This document shows positions 1 through 12,628 of a stretch of DNA of 64,000 nucleotides, one piece after another. The notes under the pieces are model-generated. The model had not been told where the DNA came from, ran no database searches, and saw nothing but the letters and a program-made list of their open reading frames with translations. The number at the start of each line of letters is the position of its first letter. Within the stretch, counting starts at the first letter, position 1. Made by a program: the position numbers and the translations under genes. The DNA comes from Squalus acanthias (taxonomy: Eukaryota): positions 49,354,001 to 49,418,000 of the forward strand of contig CM059432.1 in the NCBI GenBank assembly GCA_030390025.1. The letters are read 5' to 3'.

Positions 1-725
1 CTCAAAGGCTGAGGGAACAGCGGACTGGCCCTGAATAAAAGCATCATGACTGCTGCCAGGATACTAGGCATTCACCATCATGATATGCTGAGCATGATCA
101 CACATCAACTGCACATTCCGCGAGTAGAAACCTTTGTGGTTGCGGTACAGCTCAGCATTTAGATGCGGTGCCCGCAAAGCCATGTGCGAGTAGTCGATGG
201 CACCCTGCACCATGGGGAAGTCCGCTATCCTGGCAAAGCAACGTGCACACTCCGTCTGCTTCTCTCTGTTGAGAGAGAAGACAATGAAGTCCCCTCTCCT
301 GGCATAAAGAGCGTCTGTCACCTCTCTTATGCAGCAGTGGACAGTGAACTGGGAGATGTTACCGATGTCGCCTGCTCCAGCCTGGAAGGGTCCCAACTCA
401 AAGAAATTCAGTGCCACAGTCACCTTCACAGCCACTGGCAGCGCTGTCCTTGCCCTGAAGTGAGGCTACAGCTCTGGTTGCAAGAGGTGGCAGAGTTCCG
501 TGAGCACCTCCTTCGTAAAGCAGGGACGCCTCACACACTGCTCCTAGCTCAGGCTGAGATAAGAGAATTGCTCCCGGAAAACCTTAGATGGGTAAGGCTT
601 CCTGCTAAGAGCCCTTCTCCCCCTCCTCCTCCTCCCTCTACGAGCAGCTTGTACTCTTCTTTGCTGCCTCTGCTCCATCGCCCTGTCATGCTGTAGGCCG
701 AGGGGGTGACAACTAGAGCACCCAT
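1..725 (-). pseudogene. Harbinger (HARBI1-like) DDE transposase pseudogene, N-terminal half
   Basis: Motifs KPYPSKVFREQFSYL, VAVKVTVALNFF, ISQFTVHCCIREVT, FPMVQGAID, RNHKGF..NVQLMCD and YPGSSHDAF are collinear with the transposase at 45397-46542. In-frame stops at 546-544 and 66-64, plus a frameshift near the start (ATG 725-723). Confidence 0.92.
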
Positions 726-1197
726 GACTGGGAGCAAGTGGTCTAACTAGAAACCTTAAAGTTAGAAGCAAGGCCTTCTCCCCTTGCAGCACCACTCCCC
801 GTCACCTCACCAACTTTAAACAACTGTAGAAAGCTCCAAACAGTTCCACAAACTTACACAGAGCCAGTAGAAATCACCAACTAACCTTAGAGTGGTTGCT
901 GATCCCTTTAAATATCACTAGTAGGCGGTCCTTGCTGATGCTGTGTGCGAGGTTAACACAGGGCGTTAGCTCCAGCGTTGACGACCAAAATGGCAGTGCT
1001 GGCGATTGATGTCACGATCTGCACACTCTGCATACTTCTGGTGCACGCTCCTAACGTCTGCCCTACCGCCCTCACCAAGATGGCACCCATCGCGGCCATA
1101 CCAGAAGTGTGCATGCGCGGTGCGCATGCCATTTTCGGCATAAAACAGCATCCATAGCACCGAAAAATCAGGTGCTACGGAGCCGAATTTGTCGCCC
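1..1197 (-). mobile_element. PIF/Harbinger transposon, transposase-side end (truncated by the window edge)
   Basis: Contains a transposase pseudogene. Ends in GAATTTGTCGCCC (1185-1197), whose reverse complement GGGCGACAAATTC matches the Harbinger TIR pattern of other elements here. TATTTAAA on - at 907-914 lies upstream of the transposase. Confidence 0.85.
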
Positions 1198-1753
1198 TAC
1201 ACTTTTATTTGCATTACATTAATGCAGAATTCAATAATGCAGATGCTGCTTCTGTGGATCTTGCAAATGCCTGATACCGATAAATCTCATGAGAATCAAT
1301 CCCCTTTTCCTTTCTAAGGCATTCCACTAAAATAAAGGCAGCAGTGTTCAGTCATACATATATAATTCTCTCATTTGCTACAGTTCAGATTTCTGTGGAG
1401 ATAAGAGTGGCTGCTTTAGGCACAATCGGGAAATTGCGCTGGTTAGGTTACAGTTCAAGTTTCCGCTAAAATTAATTTGCATAAACACAAACATAAAATC
1501 TTCCATGAACCAGTGTAATCAGGCAGCCTAATAGAACATAATCATTTTTTTTCTTTCCATTATAAAATATTCCTTGATGCATTTAAGTGTGGTAATCTGG
1601 TCTTGTTTTATTAATACAGCTGAAAATGGGTTTCTCAGCAAAAATAAGCTTTTTTAAATAAGGGTGTCCAGTCCTCCACATGTAAGTAACCCGATTTAAA
1701 ATCAGTGATAATGACTTAAAAAAAACTATACTGAACCATTTAATAGTTTCATT

Positions 1754-2618
1754 CGCTGGAATTTTGCCGGCACTCAGGGGGCGAGTTTGGAGGCGGGACA
1801 TCTGGCAAAATCGCAAGGATTGACAGCGGGCCGGAAACCCGCTGTCAACCCACCTCCAATCAATCTTCCCAAGTGTCGGGTCCCTGATTTGCGCATGGAC
1901 CCGACACCTAGCGGCGGGAAGAGGATTATAGGCACTTAACTGCTTGCTAACAGGCAGTTAACAGGCTTTTTCCAATTTTGACACTTCTACTGCGGGCTTC
2001 CCGATGTCCGGACACCACGCCAGGCAAGTGTGGCATGTTGTGAGTCTGCTGTCATGTTTCTGCATTGATGACAGCTGCAGAAGTGGTGTGAAGGATCCAA
2101 TGGTGCACTGGTGAGTTTCAGAGGTAAGAAAATGTTGGGAAATTCATTTTTAATGCATTTAGACTTTTCTGTAGGTAACAAGTTTTGAATTGTTTGTGTA
2201 GTCCCACCTCATTGGGAGAACCTCTCTCACTAGTGACAGATCGCTTCTGTAAGCTCACCTGCAGCTGCCATCTGTTCTAACCTAAGGAGGGAGTCACTAG
2301 AGAGCCTGGGTGCAAGAGCTCACCTTTGTACAATGATTGTCAGTGTTTGCAGCACCTCAATGCTGTCAAACACTGAAAAACCAACTGTCAAAAAAAATTG
2401 TCCTTGGTCCCTTTAAGAAAACCAGCAGATAATGCGTCATCAAATGACATCATCTGACACCGGCTTCCTCTTAATTGGCCGGCAAGCCCGCAGGGCGGGC
2501 TTAACAAGGCCAATTGACGTAAAATTACATCTGTGGGCTGGATGTAGTTGGGGCGGGACTGGCACCCGGAAGGCAGCTGACCCGCTCCCAAGCCACCTCG
2601 AAGCAGAAAATTGCGGCC
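1754..2618. mobile_element. Non-autonomous Harbinger-type element (MITE)
   Basis: Imperfect 12-bp TIRs CGCTGGAATTTT / AAAATTGCGGCC with ATT on both flanks (1751-1753, 2619-2621). Shares internal blocks (GGCAGTTAACAGGC, TCAGTGTTTG..CAAACACTGA, TAATTGGCC..GGGCGGGCTTAACAAGG) with 11212-12044 and 15940-16783. Confidence 0.8.
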
Positions 2619-3096
2619 ATTGTTTCTAGTCAGTTTCTTAGTAAATTAAGTATTTTTTGATATGCAAAAACTTTTAAAATGTGTCCACTAGTGTATGTGC
2701 GCCTAAGAAAATCCCGAACCAGCGTAAAAGATCGTGGAAAATACGAATGCTAGTGGTTTTTGGCGTAACTTATTTTTAAAATTCCCCGATCCTTTGCACT
2801 GGTTCAGCCGATTATGCTGGAATCTGGGTGCAAAGCTAACAGAAACAAGCAGAAACTACCCCATAGTCTTAAAAAATACTTGTTTAGAAGGACTCCATGC
2901 TTCGATAATCATATACACCACCGGAACAACAACTCGCAATAAACAAACATTACCACAAGAGGGTTATTAATTTTCCAAGCACCACACAATCAATTTTAGC
3001 ATCAAAACAAATTGTTCCTGGCAAACATTATACTTCTATTTATTCGGTGGCAACTGTGAAATTAAAAACTATTTTGATTTCATACATTTCTTTAAT

Positions 3097-3290
3097 TCAG
3101 ACAAAGCTGGAAATACACATTAGTTCAATCAACAACTAAAGAGAAAGGCTAACATTTCAAGTGTGACTGTCAGAACTGGTGAAAGATATCACCTGAAGTG
3201 TTAACCTAACTTTCTGTTACAAATGATGCTCAATCGGCTCTGCTTTTCCTGCATATTCTGTTATTATTTCAGATTTCCAGCAATGATGGT
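3097..3290. mobile_element. Degenerate Penelope-like terminal fragments, apparently an inverted pair
   Basis: 3180-3290 resembles the 3' part of the 34512-34909 insert (CCTGAAGTGTTAAC...TTCTGTTATTATTTCAG). 3097-3175 resembles its reverse complement. Confidence 0.45.
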
Positions 3291-5974
3291 TTCGCTTTTT
3301 ATATCTTTATTTAATTAATGATCAGTTTTAAAAACAGGCATATTCTAGAAGCTGCATGAGACATTTAGTATTGAAGAGGCTTATACTTCTTGCAAAAGTT
3401 CCAGGCAAAATTACAATTGATTTTCTGGCATATTAATATTGAGATGTCTTAACTTTTTATTTTAAAGCTCCTTCCTTTAACATCCCTTTTATTAGCCCTG
3501 ACAGGCCATACAACCCCTACCACCAACAGATGGGTGAGTGACTTACTCCAAGACTACTGCAGTCATGGCAACTGCTGGTAAGGAGTGTTCTGCCAATTTC
3601 ACCTCCCATTCACTGAGTGTCTTCCTGCATGATGCAGCTCAGTTTAGTATTGTGCATGGTTGGAAAATAAAGTCTACATCCAACTATTCCATAGTGCTCT
3701 GAATCGGTGCTTGAAACAACAATGCTATTGTACCACCTTATACATGCAGAATGTTTTATAAACAATTTTTCCATCAAAGATGATATGGTGATAGTCCCCC
3801 TTAGAACTTTGTTGTACTTTAAAGTCTGAAAACTTAATAGTCTGTAACTGTTTTTACCTTTCATGCTCATTTACAAGCCACATGTCATGGCACAGGCACA
3901 CCCTTTTCTGCCACGCAGGAGCCCCTCGTTGTGGTATGGTTCACAACTGGTATTTATTTATAAATTGTCTTGCATCAGTAATAACAATGGTCCACAATGC
4001 TGAAGCTTTCCAAGCACAAACTCCTGAATGAGGTAGCAAATTTGAGGGCTTTTTCCATGCTGTTTAGGCTCACCTCCACTGGCTAAGGCTGTCTGAACTA
4101 AAATCTCCCATGAACAACGTCTGGTCTGCACGTAGCTGGTGACACTGCAGATGGAAATGCAAGGTAAATGTAGTTGTTAAAGTATGTGGGCTAGATTTAT
4201 TGTTTAAAGTAAACTTTCAGCTTTTGAATTCATTAGTGTCATATGAAAATGAAATTCCACTCATAATCACTGAAATCCAATTGAGCAGGCTCCAAAATAA
4301 TTTCACAAAATAAAGAGAACACTGCACAGAAAATTGTTCATTAATTTTTCAGAACTGACAAGAGCAACCACTACTGAAATTATACCTAGTAGTAAAAGGC
4401 ATTGTTTCAGATTAGCACAACATCTTTCAACACATTACTCTGTCCAAAATAATTGGCGTGACTCTCATTGTTTATCCTTTCTTGCAGCACTGAAGCATAG
4501 TTTCGAGTGAAGTACCTTATCATCCAGTTTAAGTCTCCAAGGCATATAAATAAATGATTAAGGCATGGTGTGCTGCAAGTGTCGATTCCCTGGAGTATAT
4601 GAATGCCTGAAAATTTGAAGAAGGCTCTGTTTTAGGAGAATTAAAATCCTATATGGGTCATTTTCCACAAACAAGCCATCACATTTTTTATAGCTTACGA
4701 CAGACTATAAATGATTTATATATACCTTCTAAAGTGGGAGATCAGCAAAATGTTATTCCGCTGCACCAATGCTATCCTAATGGCATAAAATAGCATTGAC
4801 TATTTACAGGTTGAATATTTACATGAAGAAATTTTCAAACTGTTCTGCATTAATTTTTTTGGCAAGGTTCTTCTTACAATCACAAAGTATAACAAGTGGA
4901 TCGTATCCGCCGGCGTTATATTGCTTGCACCCACAATCTCACTACGATGTCAGTACATCCCAGAGTTTCTGATGATACAGCATATGTGAACACAGAGTAC
5001 AAACAAGTTCATGAAATGTTAAGAGCACAATAGAGTTAACATGGAATCCTAAGCACTTCTGAGTCTTTCATCTTTAGTCTACTAACAAAATAAAAAAACA
5101 TATTTTATATTCCTGACTTGAGATACAAGCAGGATATTTATCCAGATTCTATGGATATTTAAGATATTAATTTAATTATTATTTTTTAAAAACAGCAGTA
5201 ACTATGCCTGATAACTTTAGAGATTTGACCTTGATTTGAAAGATTCTATACAGAACAGCAGTCTCATGGAACAGCCTCACTCTTGGGTTATGAACTATAA
5301 TAGTGATATTGTAGAGTATAGCTGTGGCCCACTATCAATAATCTACATGCTGACAAGCCCAGAATAAGTGTTTTGTTTCAAACTGTGGATAAAACCAATG
5401 AACCAAACGAACTGTTCAAAAAGGACAGCTTAAGCAAAGATAGTAATATGGTTCAAACACATATAGGGGAGTACATCTGTATTATGGCACTGAGAAGGTA
5501 TCTAACATTAGAGAAGACACGTTTAGACTATTTGTAAGCAGATGTTTCAGGTGTCAGCTACCAACAAATCAATTTTTCAATATTTACAACTGATGAGATG
5601 ACTCGAGAGTCTCTGAACAGGCTCCTTCTCAGTCCCTCCAGATATATCTTAAAATTGTTTCCGGGGAGGGAAAGGGCCATGTTCACAGAGCAAGTGAAGA
5701 AAAGGTAGGGACAGAATAAAAATAAGCCAGGAGCGGTATGGTATTGAGCTTTTACTATGTTAAAAGTGCTATATAAATGCAAGTTGTTATTGCTGTTCTT
5801 GACTGTAACCAGATTAAGCATACAACATGCACACACAAATAGTAGCTTTAACATTGTAGGCTACATCAACAATTTGGAAAATAGGAAAAAAAACTGTCTA
5901 CACACCTGAGATGCGTGTGCATCTAAACTGAACACAAATGGACCTGACTCACTGCAATTTACATAAAAGCTATG

Positions 5975-6660
5975 GGGGGAAAAATTGGGTTGATATGCGC
6001 CTCTCGTTAATCCCCTAGCGTCCGGGCGCGGCGCCGCTAACACCTCCCGTGAAATTCAGCGGGAGGTTAGCGGCGGTGGTAGCCGGTAGCGCCCTGCGAT
6101 GCTGCGCCACCGGCTATGACGTCATCACCGTGCGCAGCGCCCCGGCCGCAAACTTCCATTGCGCCCCCTGACCTACCGCCGGACAATTATCTCCGACAGG
6201 GTCAGGGAGGTGTTTTTGCAGCGGCGGCAGTGCTAGTAAAAGGGGCAGGTGTTGGGCGGCCATTTTTTTTGGCCGACTGCCAGCACCTGCCCCCTTCCGC
6301 TTTTTTATTCGGGGTGCTGGCCGCGATCGCTCAGCCCGGCACTCCTCTTGACTGCCGGGCTGTTTTCCCGGCATCTCGCTCCCCAGTGGTCCAGCAGGGC
6401 CCCGGTGCACGCAGCGCTAGGCCCTCCCCTTTAATCAGTGGAGGAGGCCTGCAATGACGCGGCTCTACGTGCCGACGCGCGTGGTGCTGTTGCACGTAGC
6501 ACCACAATCTTCAGTTGTAGCGCCCCAAGAAGGAGGTGGAGCGCTTCCAGTAGTGCTTGGGGCGCCACTAATGAATTTCTGGCGGAGAGGCGTTAACTTT
6601 GTTGGGGTGCTAACCCGGCGACGTTAGCACCCCAAAAGGGGCGCCACCCAATTTTTCCCC
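5975..6660. mobile_element. GC/CpG-rich non-autonomous Harbinger-type element
   Basis: Perfect 15-bp TIR GGGGAAAAATTGGGT (5976-5990) / ACCCAATTTTTCCCC (6646-6660), with ATG at 5972-5974 and 6661-6663. Subterminal TAGCG/CGCTA motifs and TGACGTCA (6117-6124) as in the 42962 family. Confidence 0.85.
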
Positions 6661-6679
6661 ATGGCGTGTAATGGAATTA

Positions 6680-6780
6680 TAAGAACATAAGAAATAGGAG
6701 CAGGAGTAGGCCATTTGGCCATTCATGGCTGATCTTCTACATCATCTCCATTTTCCTGCACTATCCCCATATCTTCCTTG
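6680..6780 (-). mobile_element. CR1 LINE 3' tail fragment
   Basis: AAGAACATAAGAAATAGGAGCAGGAGTAGGCC is the reverse complement of the CR1 tail at 23365-23404. Confidence 0.85.
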
Positions 6781-7199
6781 ATGGTCCAGAAACTAGTCGC
6801 AAATTAGCATTATTTGTAGTTTTTCATGCACTGTACATTTTGTCAATTCCAAAATCATTACAGAGCTAGTTAATTACACGTTTTATCTCACAATAACAAG
6901 CGAATTGGGTAATTACCAACTGGTTAAGTGAATGATGGTAACTGGCTGCAGGTGTCTACTAGGACATCAGAACATAAAGTCTGGAGCAATAAAAGCCATT
7001 CAGCCCACTCCATCCAGAGTCTCTAGATAATTATTCTATCACAGACTTCTCCCAGCACTATCGCTTATACTCCCTTGCTTTAAGTAATGCAACAGTTTAT
7101 TTTGAATGGGTTTATCATCTTAGCTAAGAAGAATGTCAGGTAAACATGTTGACAGTTTGTCTGCTAATATTGGCAATGTTTTTTTTAGGCATAAGACCT

Positions 7200-7690
7200 T
7201 TCCCTATCTTCCCTGAATTTACCGCAAGCCTTTCTCTGAGAGTCTGTTCCACATATCCAATATCCTGTAAGGGAAATCTATAACCTTGATTGAGGCTGGT
7301 GTCCTCTAATCTTGTGCTCATCATCTAATGAAAGTGAAGTGGCTTGCTTGTTTCCCATTATTTTCAAGACCTGTATTGTTTCTCCTTTCAGTCTTTTCTC
7401 CAGCAAAATTCAGTTCAGTAACTTGAGCCTTTCCTCATAGCAGACTGGAATTGTCCTGGTCACTCTTCTCTGAACCCTTTCAACTGTAGCTTTATTCTGT
7501 TTGAGGTAGGGTGACCAAAACTGCATGTCATACTTCAAACTGACCATTGACCTGTACAATGCTATAATACCTTGCCCTGACTTCTAATCTAATGTCCTCC
7601 AGAGGCATCCCAGTACCTGATTTTACTTACTGGTAGTTGCTTCACATTGACCAGAGGCTTTCAGGGTATCAATGATCACCCCTAAGTTAT
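7200..7690 (-). mobile_element. Old degraded CR1-type LINE fragment
   Basis: Minus-strand similarity to the CR1 ORF2 C-terminal region (e.g. CCTTTCCTCATAG, GGTGACCAAAACTGCA); heavily mutated. Confidence 0.6.
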
Positions 7691-7768
7691 TTTCCTTTAC
7701 AGCCTCCACAATGAATATCCTTTCATGTTACACACCTGTTTATCATTATCTGTTCCTAAATGTATTCC

Positions 7769-8216
7769 CCATCCAGGACAAAGCAGCCCGCTTGATTGGC
7801 ACTCCATCCACCACCTTAAACATTCACTTCCTCCACCACCGGTGTACCGTGGCTGCAGTGTGTACCATCTACAGGATGCACTGCAGCAACTCGCCAAGGC
7901 TTCTTCGGCAGCACCTCCCAAACCCGCGACCTCTTCCACCTAGAAGGACAAGAGCAGCAGGCGCATGGGAACACCACCACCTCCAAGTGCCCCTCAAAGT
8001 CACACACCATCCTGACTTATATCGCCAATCCTTCATCGTCGCTGGGTCAAATTCCTGGAACTCCCTCCCTAACAGCACTGTGGGAGTACCATCACCACAC
8101 GGACTGCAGCGGTTCAAGAAGGCGGCTCACCACCACCTTCTCAAGGGCAACTAGGGATGGGCAATAAATGCCATTGCCAGCGACGCCCTGATCCCATAAA
8201 TGAATATAAAAATAAA
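7769..8216 (+). mobile_element. 5'-truncated poly(A)-tailed LINE ('family B') 3' fragment
   Basis: Near-identical to 15170-15625 and 36056-36511. Ends in AAGGGCAACTAGGGATGGGCAATAAATGC followed by an A-rich tail. Confidence 0.9.
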
Positions 8217-8264
8217 TTTACAGCACCCCAAAGAATGCAGTCAAGCATTTTTACAACTATGGGC

Positions 8265-8398
8265 ATTAGACTACTCTGCCTGTACTCTCCCTCACCAAGA
8301 TGGCGAAGAGCGTGGGCTATGCCGGAAGTGGGAGGAAGCGAGGCGGATGCCATTTCTTTTTTAAAACCGACCATAAATACCGGCCAAAATTCGTGGCC
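8265..8398. mobile_element. Solo Harbinger terminal fragment
   Basis: CCCTCACCAAGATGGC...GCCGGAAGTGGGAGGAAGCGAGGCGG..CCATTT...AAATTCGTGGCC matches the ends at 1068-1197 and 26710-26825. Confidence 0.7.
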
Positions 8399-9063
8399 AG
8401 TCGCTGTGGTGGTCGGAATCTCCTCTCCACCCCCTCCGCCGCCCCACAGAGGTTTACCCCAATGGAACAGCAGTTGAACATCCAGGCTACACCGTGAATG
8501 AAAAGTTACGCATATTTCCTGAAATGAAAGTTGTGGTATTGAATTCTAACACCCTGATGTTTCCTGCCCACCTAGCCCCACTGATTTTCTGCCTCTCCTC
8601 TGGAAACAGCACTATGGAAACACCAGCAACCTTGTATGGAGAGGGGCGCTGTCATTGTGGTCATGTCGGCCAATCGAAATAACCGTCCCAGGGCAGAAGA
8701 AATTAAGGCCTACCAATAACCATGTTCTGGATGAGAGCAGGGATCAGTCTGGTGCATCTCACTGTGCATGGCAGCGTTCTCAGCAATCACTCTAATGAAA
8801 TCAAAATACCCCTCACAACTGCTCCACAAAAACCTAGAAACTGCACTGAGACATGCTATGTCTCAAATTCATGCCAGAATTTTAAACTTCGGTGAAAGAG
8901 AAAAACTGCAGTTTCGCAGTGAATGGTGGTAGATGTTTGTTAAGTAAATATACGTGAAGTACATTTACCTGCATTGTGTATAATGCGGTTTCTAATAAAA
9001 TCAGTGCATGCGGCTAAAACAGTGTCGTCGGAGCCACACCTGAAGCTAGTCAACAATTTGAAC

Positions 9064-10484
9064 CAGGGGCTCTCAACCTTTTTGTTTCCGAGGCCCCCCT
9101 CCCATATTATAAAAATTCCACGGACCCCCGTATCACAACACAAGTATTTTTTCTATATAAAAATTAGTTATACAATTAAACAAAGAGTTGGCACAGACAC
9201 GATGGGCCGATTGGCTTCCTTCTGTGCTCTATGATTCTATGAAAGTTGATCTGTCACTTTTGTACAGTCAGAATATAAATGGTATCATCCTTCAAAGAGT
9301 TCACCTGGAAGAAAGACTCCCTTAGTACTTCATGTAACAATATCATGAATCCATTTATAAAGAGCAGGTATATGATTCTGGTACAAATGCACAGAATCCC
9401 CACCCAAGCTCCCCAGATATCTCAGATAGAAATGTGTGACCCAGAGACACCACCAGAATATTGGCTTTATTTAGTGATAGTTCTGGAACATTCCCCATGC
9501 CAGGCACCAAAATCTCCAGCAACAATAGATCTAAACAACTGCCTTCATTTTTAGATAGAGTTTATTTCCAAATAATATATAATTTACGCAAAGATTTGAC
9601 AAATTGTGGCACGTTAAGGTCAGGATGTACACATTGGGGAGGATTAACTGATCTGCAGCACAGAGTAATTTAACCATATTTATCATCTGTATGGTTTCAA
9701 ATTCCTAAAATTCACAAGTTTTACTTACAAATCTGTGTTGGAAGCAAGAGGTGATACTAACATGTTTGGCAGGGTTCTTAATGGTTGTGTTTATTTACTG
9801 AAAATATAGCACGCAAGCAACTAATGTCTTTAATAAATTCACTTGTCTTTGTAAACTTACCTGCACCAGTGTTATTAAGATAAACCGGGCTTATATGTGT
9901 ATTAGTAATCTGCAACTTTAAAATGGATGATAACTACCATACGACTATCAAATCTTCTTTCCCAAATAGATAAATATTTAAATCTCCACGCTTTGCGGTA
10001 GTCTCACAATGAACAAATTGGGAATCCGCTTCTCGCCACCGCAAACTTGCTGAAACACCAAACCAGGTGAACTGAACATCTCAACATTCAATGTTAATCA
10101 TTTTATTTAATAAGCTGGTTACTAGAGCGACATTCACTGCTCACCGAAGTCTGTCACAGTGTCATGGGATGCTGATAGGCAAAGGCGCGGCTGGACCACC
10201 CGCCCGGGCAGCAGGCTGCCTCTGTAAAAATGGGTCTCATCTATATACACACACTAAAATCTGTGAGACCTTCGTCCTTGACAGGGAGATTGTCAATCCT
10301 TTAAACCTCGCATCTGTCCACAGAAAGGTAATCGGTTCTAGGGAACCACGTCATCAACATTAATGCCCTGATGATCATCGAATATAAAGCAATAGGAAGT
10401 CAACGTGAAATAATTTAAAAAACAATCTGAAGATTTGGCGGACCCCTTGAAACCGTCTCGCGGACTCCTGGTTAAGAACCCCTG
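9064..10484. mobile_element. Non-autonomous hAT (Charlie-like) DNA transposon
   Basis: TIRs CAGGGGCTCTCAACC / GGTTAAGAACCCCTG (13/15), subterminal CGGACCCC motifs at both ends, degenerate 8-bp TSD ATTTGAAC / TATTGGAC (5/8). No transposase ORF inside. Confidence 0.75.
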
Positions 10485-11211
10485 TATTGGACAACACTGG
10501 TTTGGGGGCAATGCAATAATTGCAGTATAACTCAGAAGATCACCGAGTGTGCGAGAAATCTGAGGGCGTATCACACCAGTTTAAGTACCCAAAAGCATGT
10601 AGTATAAATCCAACCTTACATTATAATGCATCCAAAACTCCAACAAGACCTGCAGTGCCAAGTGGTTAATTATGTGATAAACTGTGAACTATCTAATAAT
10701 GTCCCATTCTCATTTTACTGTAGTCAAAATAAAGAGTTGTCCCTTACCAAGATGTCCTCAAATTATCAATTTGATAACAATTGCTTCCTCATTTTGTATA
10801 ACAAACCACAAGGGAATATGAACCATTCTCCTTAAAGAGTTAAGATGATCCTCAGCCGATATAATTTTCCATCAAGAAATTCTCATTGATTTTACTCAAT
10901 TTATCCTTCGGGAAAAAAACCTGTTTAACAATCGTGTTTCTGTAGCAGTACAAGGCTATTTCATTTGAGCTTTTTTGAATCGGTATTCTCCTACTAATTT
11001 CCTGAGCTAGGTACTTCTGGTCATAACTTAATGTCTTACAGCAGAGTTTTAATTAGATGCAAATCTGCTTCTCCAGACAAAACTGCTTTTTTGTTGTTGA
11101 TCCTTACCACATTTATCACTGGATGCATCACAGCCTCCTGTATCTTCATCATAATTTCCTGCAGTTCAGTATTCCAAAATTGCAACAGTCTGACAATTGA
11201 CAGAAAACACT

Positions 11212-12044
11212 GGGCTGGATTTTGAAGTTGGGGTCGGGTTGGTGTCGTGAATCCCACATTTTGGCTTGTACACCCGCCTCCATCGAGATGTGGCCAACCC
11301 ACTGTATTTTCCCTTGATTGACCTTGTTGAGCCCGCCCAGTGGGCTCAGCAGGCCAATTAAGGGCCACCCAGCAACAGGTGATGTCACAGATTGACATTT
11401 CATCTGTCAAGAGCTTTTGACAGATGAAATATCAGCGTTTGACAGCTCTGTGAAGCTGTCAAACACTGACAATATGATTTCTAACTTGAGTCCTTCCTCT
11501 CAGGCTGAGTTAGAAATCATTCCACCACAGAAAACAGAAGACTGCAGTTTTTGACAGTACCACGGCTTTTCTGCTTTCTGTGCCGGTGAGATTTCTGACT
11601 CCCGAGAACTGAAGGGCTGACACCTGCAGGAGGAAGTTAAGGTAAGTAAAACTTTTCCCCACACTTAGCACTTACCTTACACACTTACCTCTGCACACAT
11701 GCACCCATCACTCACCTGCCCACTGGACATACCGACCCCTCCAACCCCTGCAGACCCATGGTCCGCCCCGATAACTTGGCGTGGTTGCCACCTGTCGGGA
11801 AGCCCACATTTCACCTTTTAAAATAGGGATTAGGCAAAAAACTGCCTGTTAACTACCTGTTAACAGGCAGTTAATTGTCACTAATCCCTTCCCGCCTCGG
11901 GGAGTCGAGTCTCAGCACAGGTCGGGTACCCGCCGCCAGAGAAACTGGCATGGAGGCGGGATGGGGTCGGGACCCTCGAATCTGCAACTTTAACCCCCCA
12001 CACGCCTCCAAACCCGACTCCACGGGTCATTGAAAATCCAGCCC
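11212..12044. mobile_element. Non-autonomous Harbinger-type element with internal hairpin array
   Basis: Perfect 12-bp TIR GGGCTGGATTTT / AAAATCCAGCCC and exact ACT TSD (11209-11211, 12045-12047). Reverse-orientation relative of 15940-16783. Confidence 0.9.
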
Positions 12045-12461
12045 ACTGTCTCTGCTTGTTATATTACCTCAATTGAGCTAAGAAACAACAGCCAACATGC
12101 TCAGCAGCAGTACTTTCATTGAGACACTTTACGTCAGTTGTAAATGTATCCCTTTTTTCTGCAAACATTACTTATTCCAAGATTTGTACACAGGCTTCTG
12201 TTCAAAGTATACAGTAAGTTACAACTGCAGTGTACAGCAACTGAATATTAGCTAAAAAGATTGAACTGTTGAGATCCATTAGCAGTGAAAAACAACAGAT
12301 TGCTATATTATGACATTCTTCTCCCTAGTCACCTACCATTATATCCAGACATGAATTGCTCATGGAAAAAAAAAGAAAAATATATGCTAGATGAAACATA
12401 AAACCAGTTGAAAATTACTTTCCATCAAAAAATTACCTCGTTTCATGTATGTACACCATTA

Positions 12462-12628
12462 AAGAAAGAAGAAAGACTTGCATTTATATGGTATCTTTCA
12501 CGACCTCAGGACATCCTGAAGCACTTTACAACCAATGAAGTACTTTTTGAAGTATAGTCACTGTTGTAATGTAGGAAACGCGGCAGCCAAAAATGTTGCG
12601 CACAGTAAGCTCCTACAAACAGCAATGA
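12462..12628 (-). mobile_element. SINE or L2-tailed repeat, 3' fragment
   Basis: Reverse complement of an L2-type 3' end (..TATAAATGCAAGTCTTTCTT). The same repeat occurs in + orientation at 58463-58577. Confidence 0.7.

Noticed and set aside
4068..4163. AG...GT-bounded candidate host exon
   Set aside because: Stop codons in all three frames and no recognisable homology.
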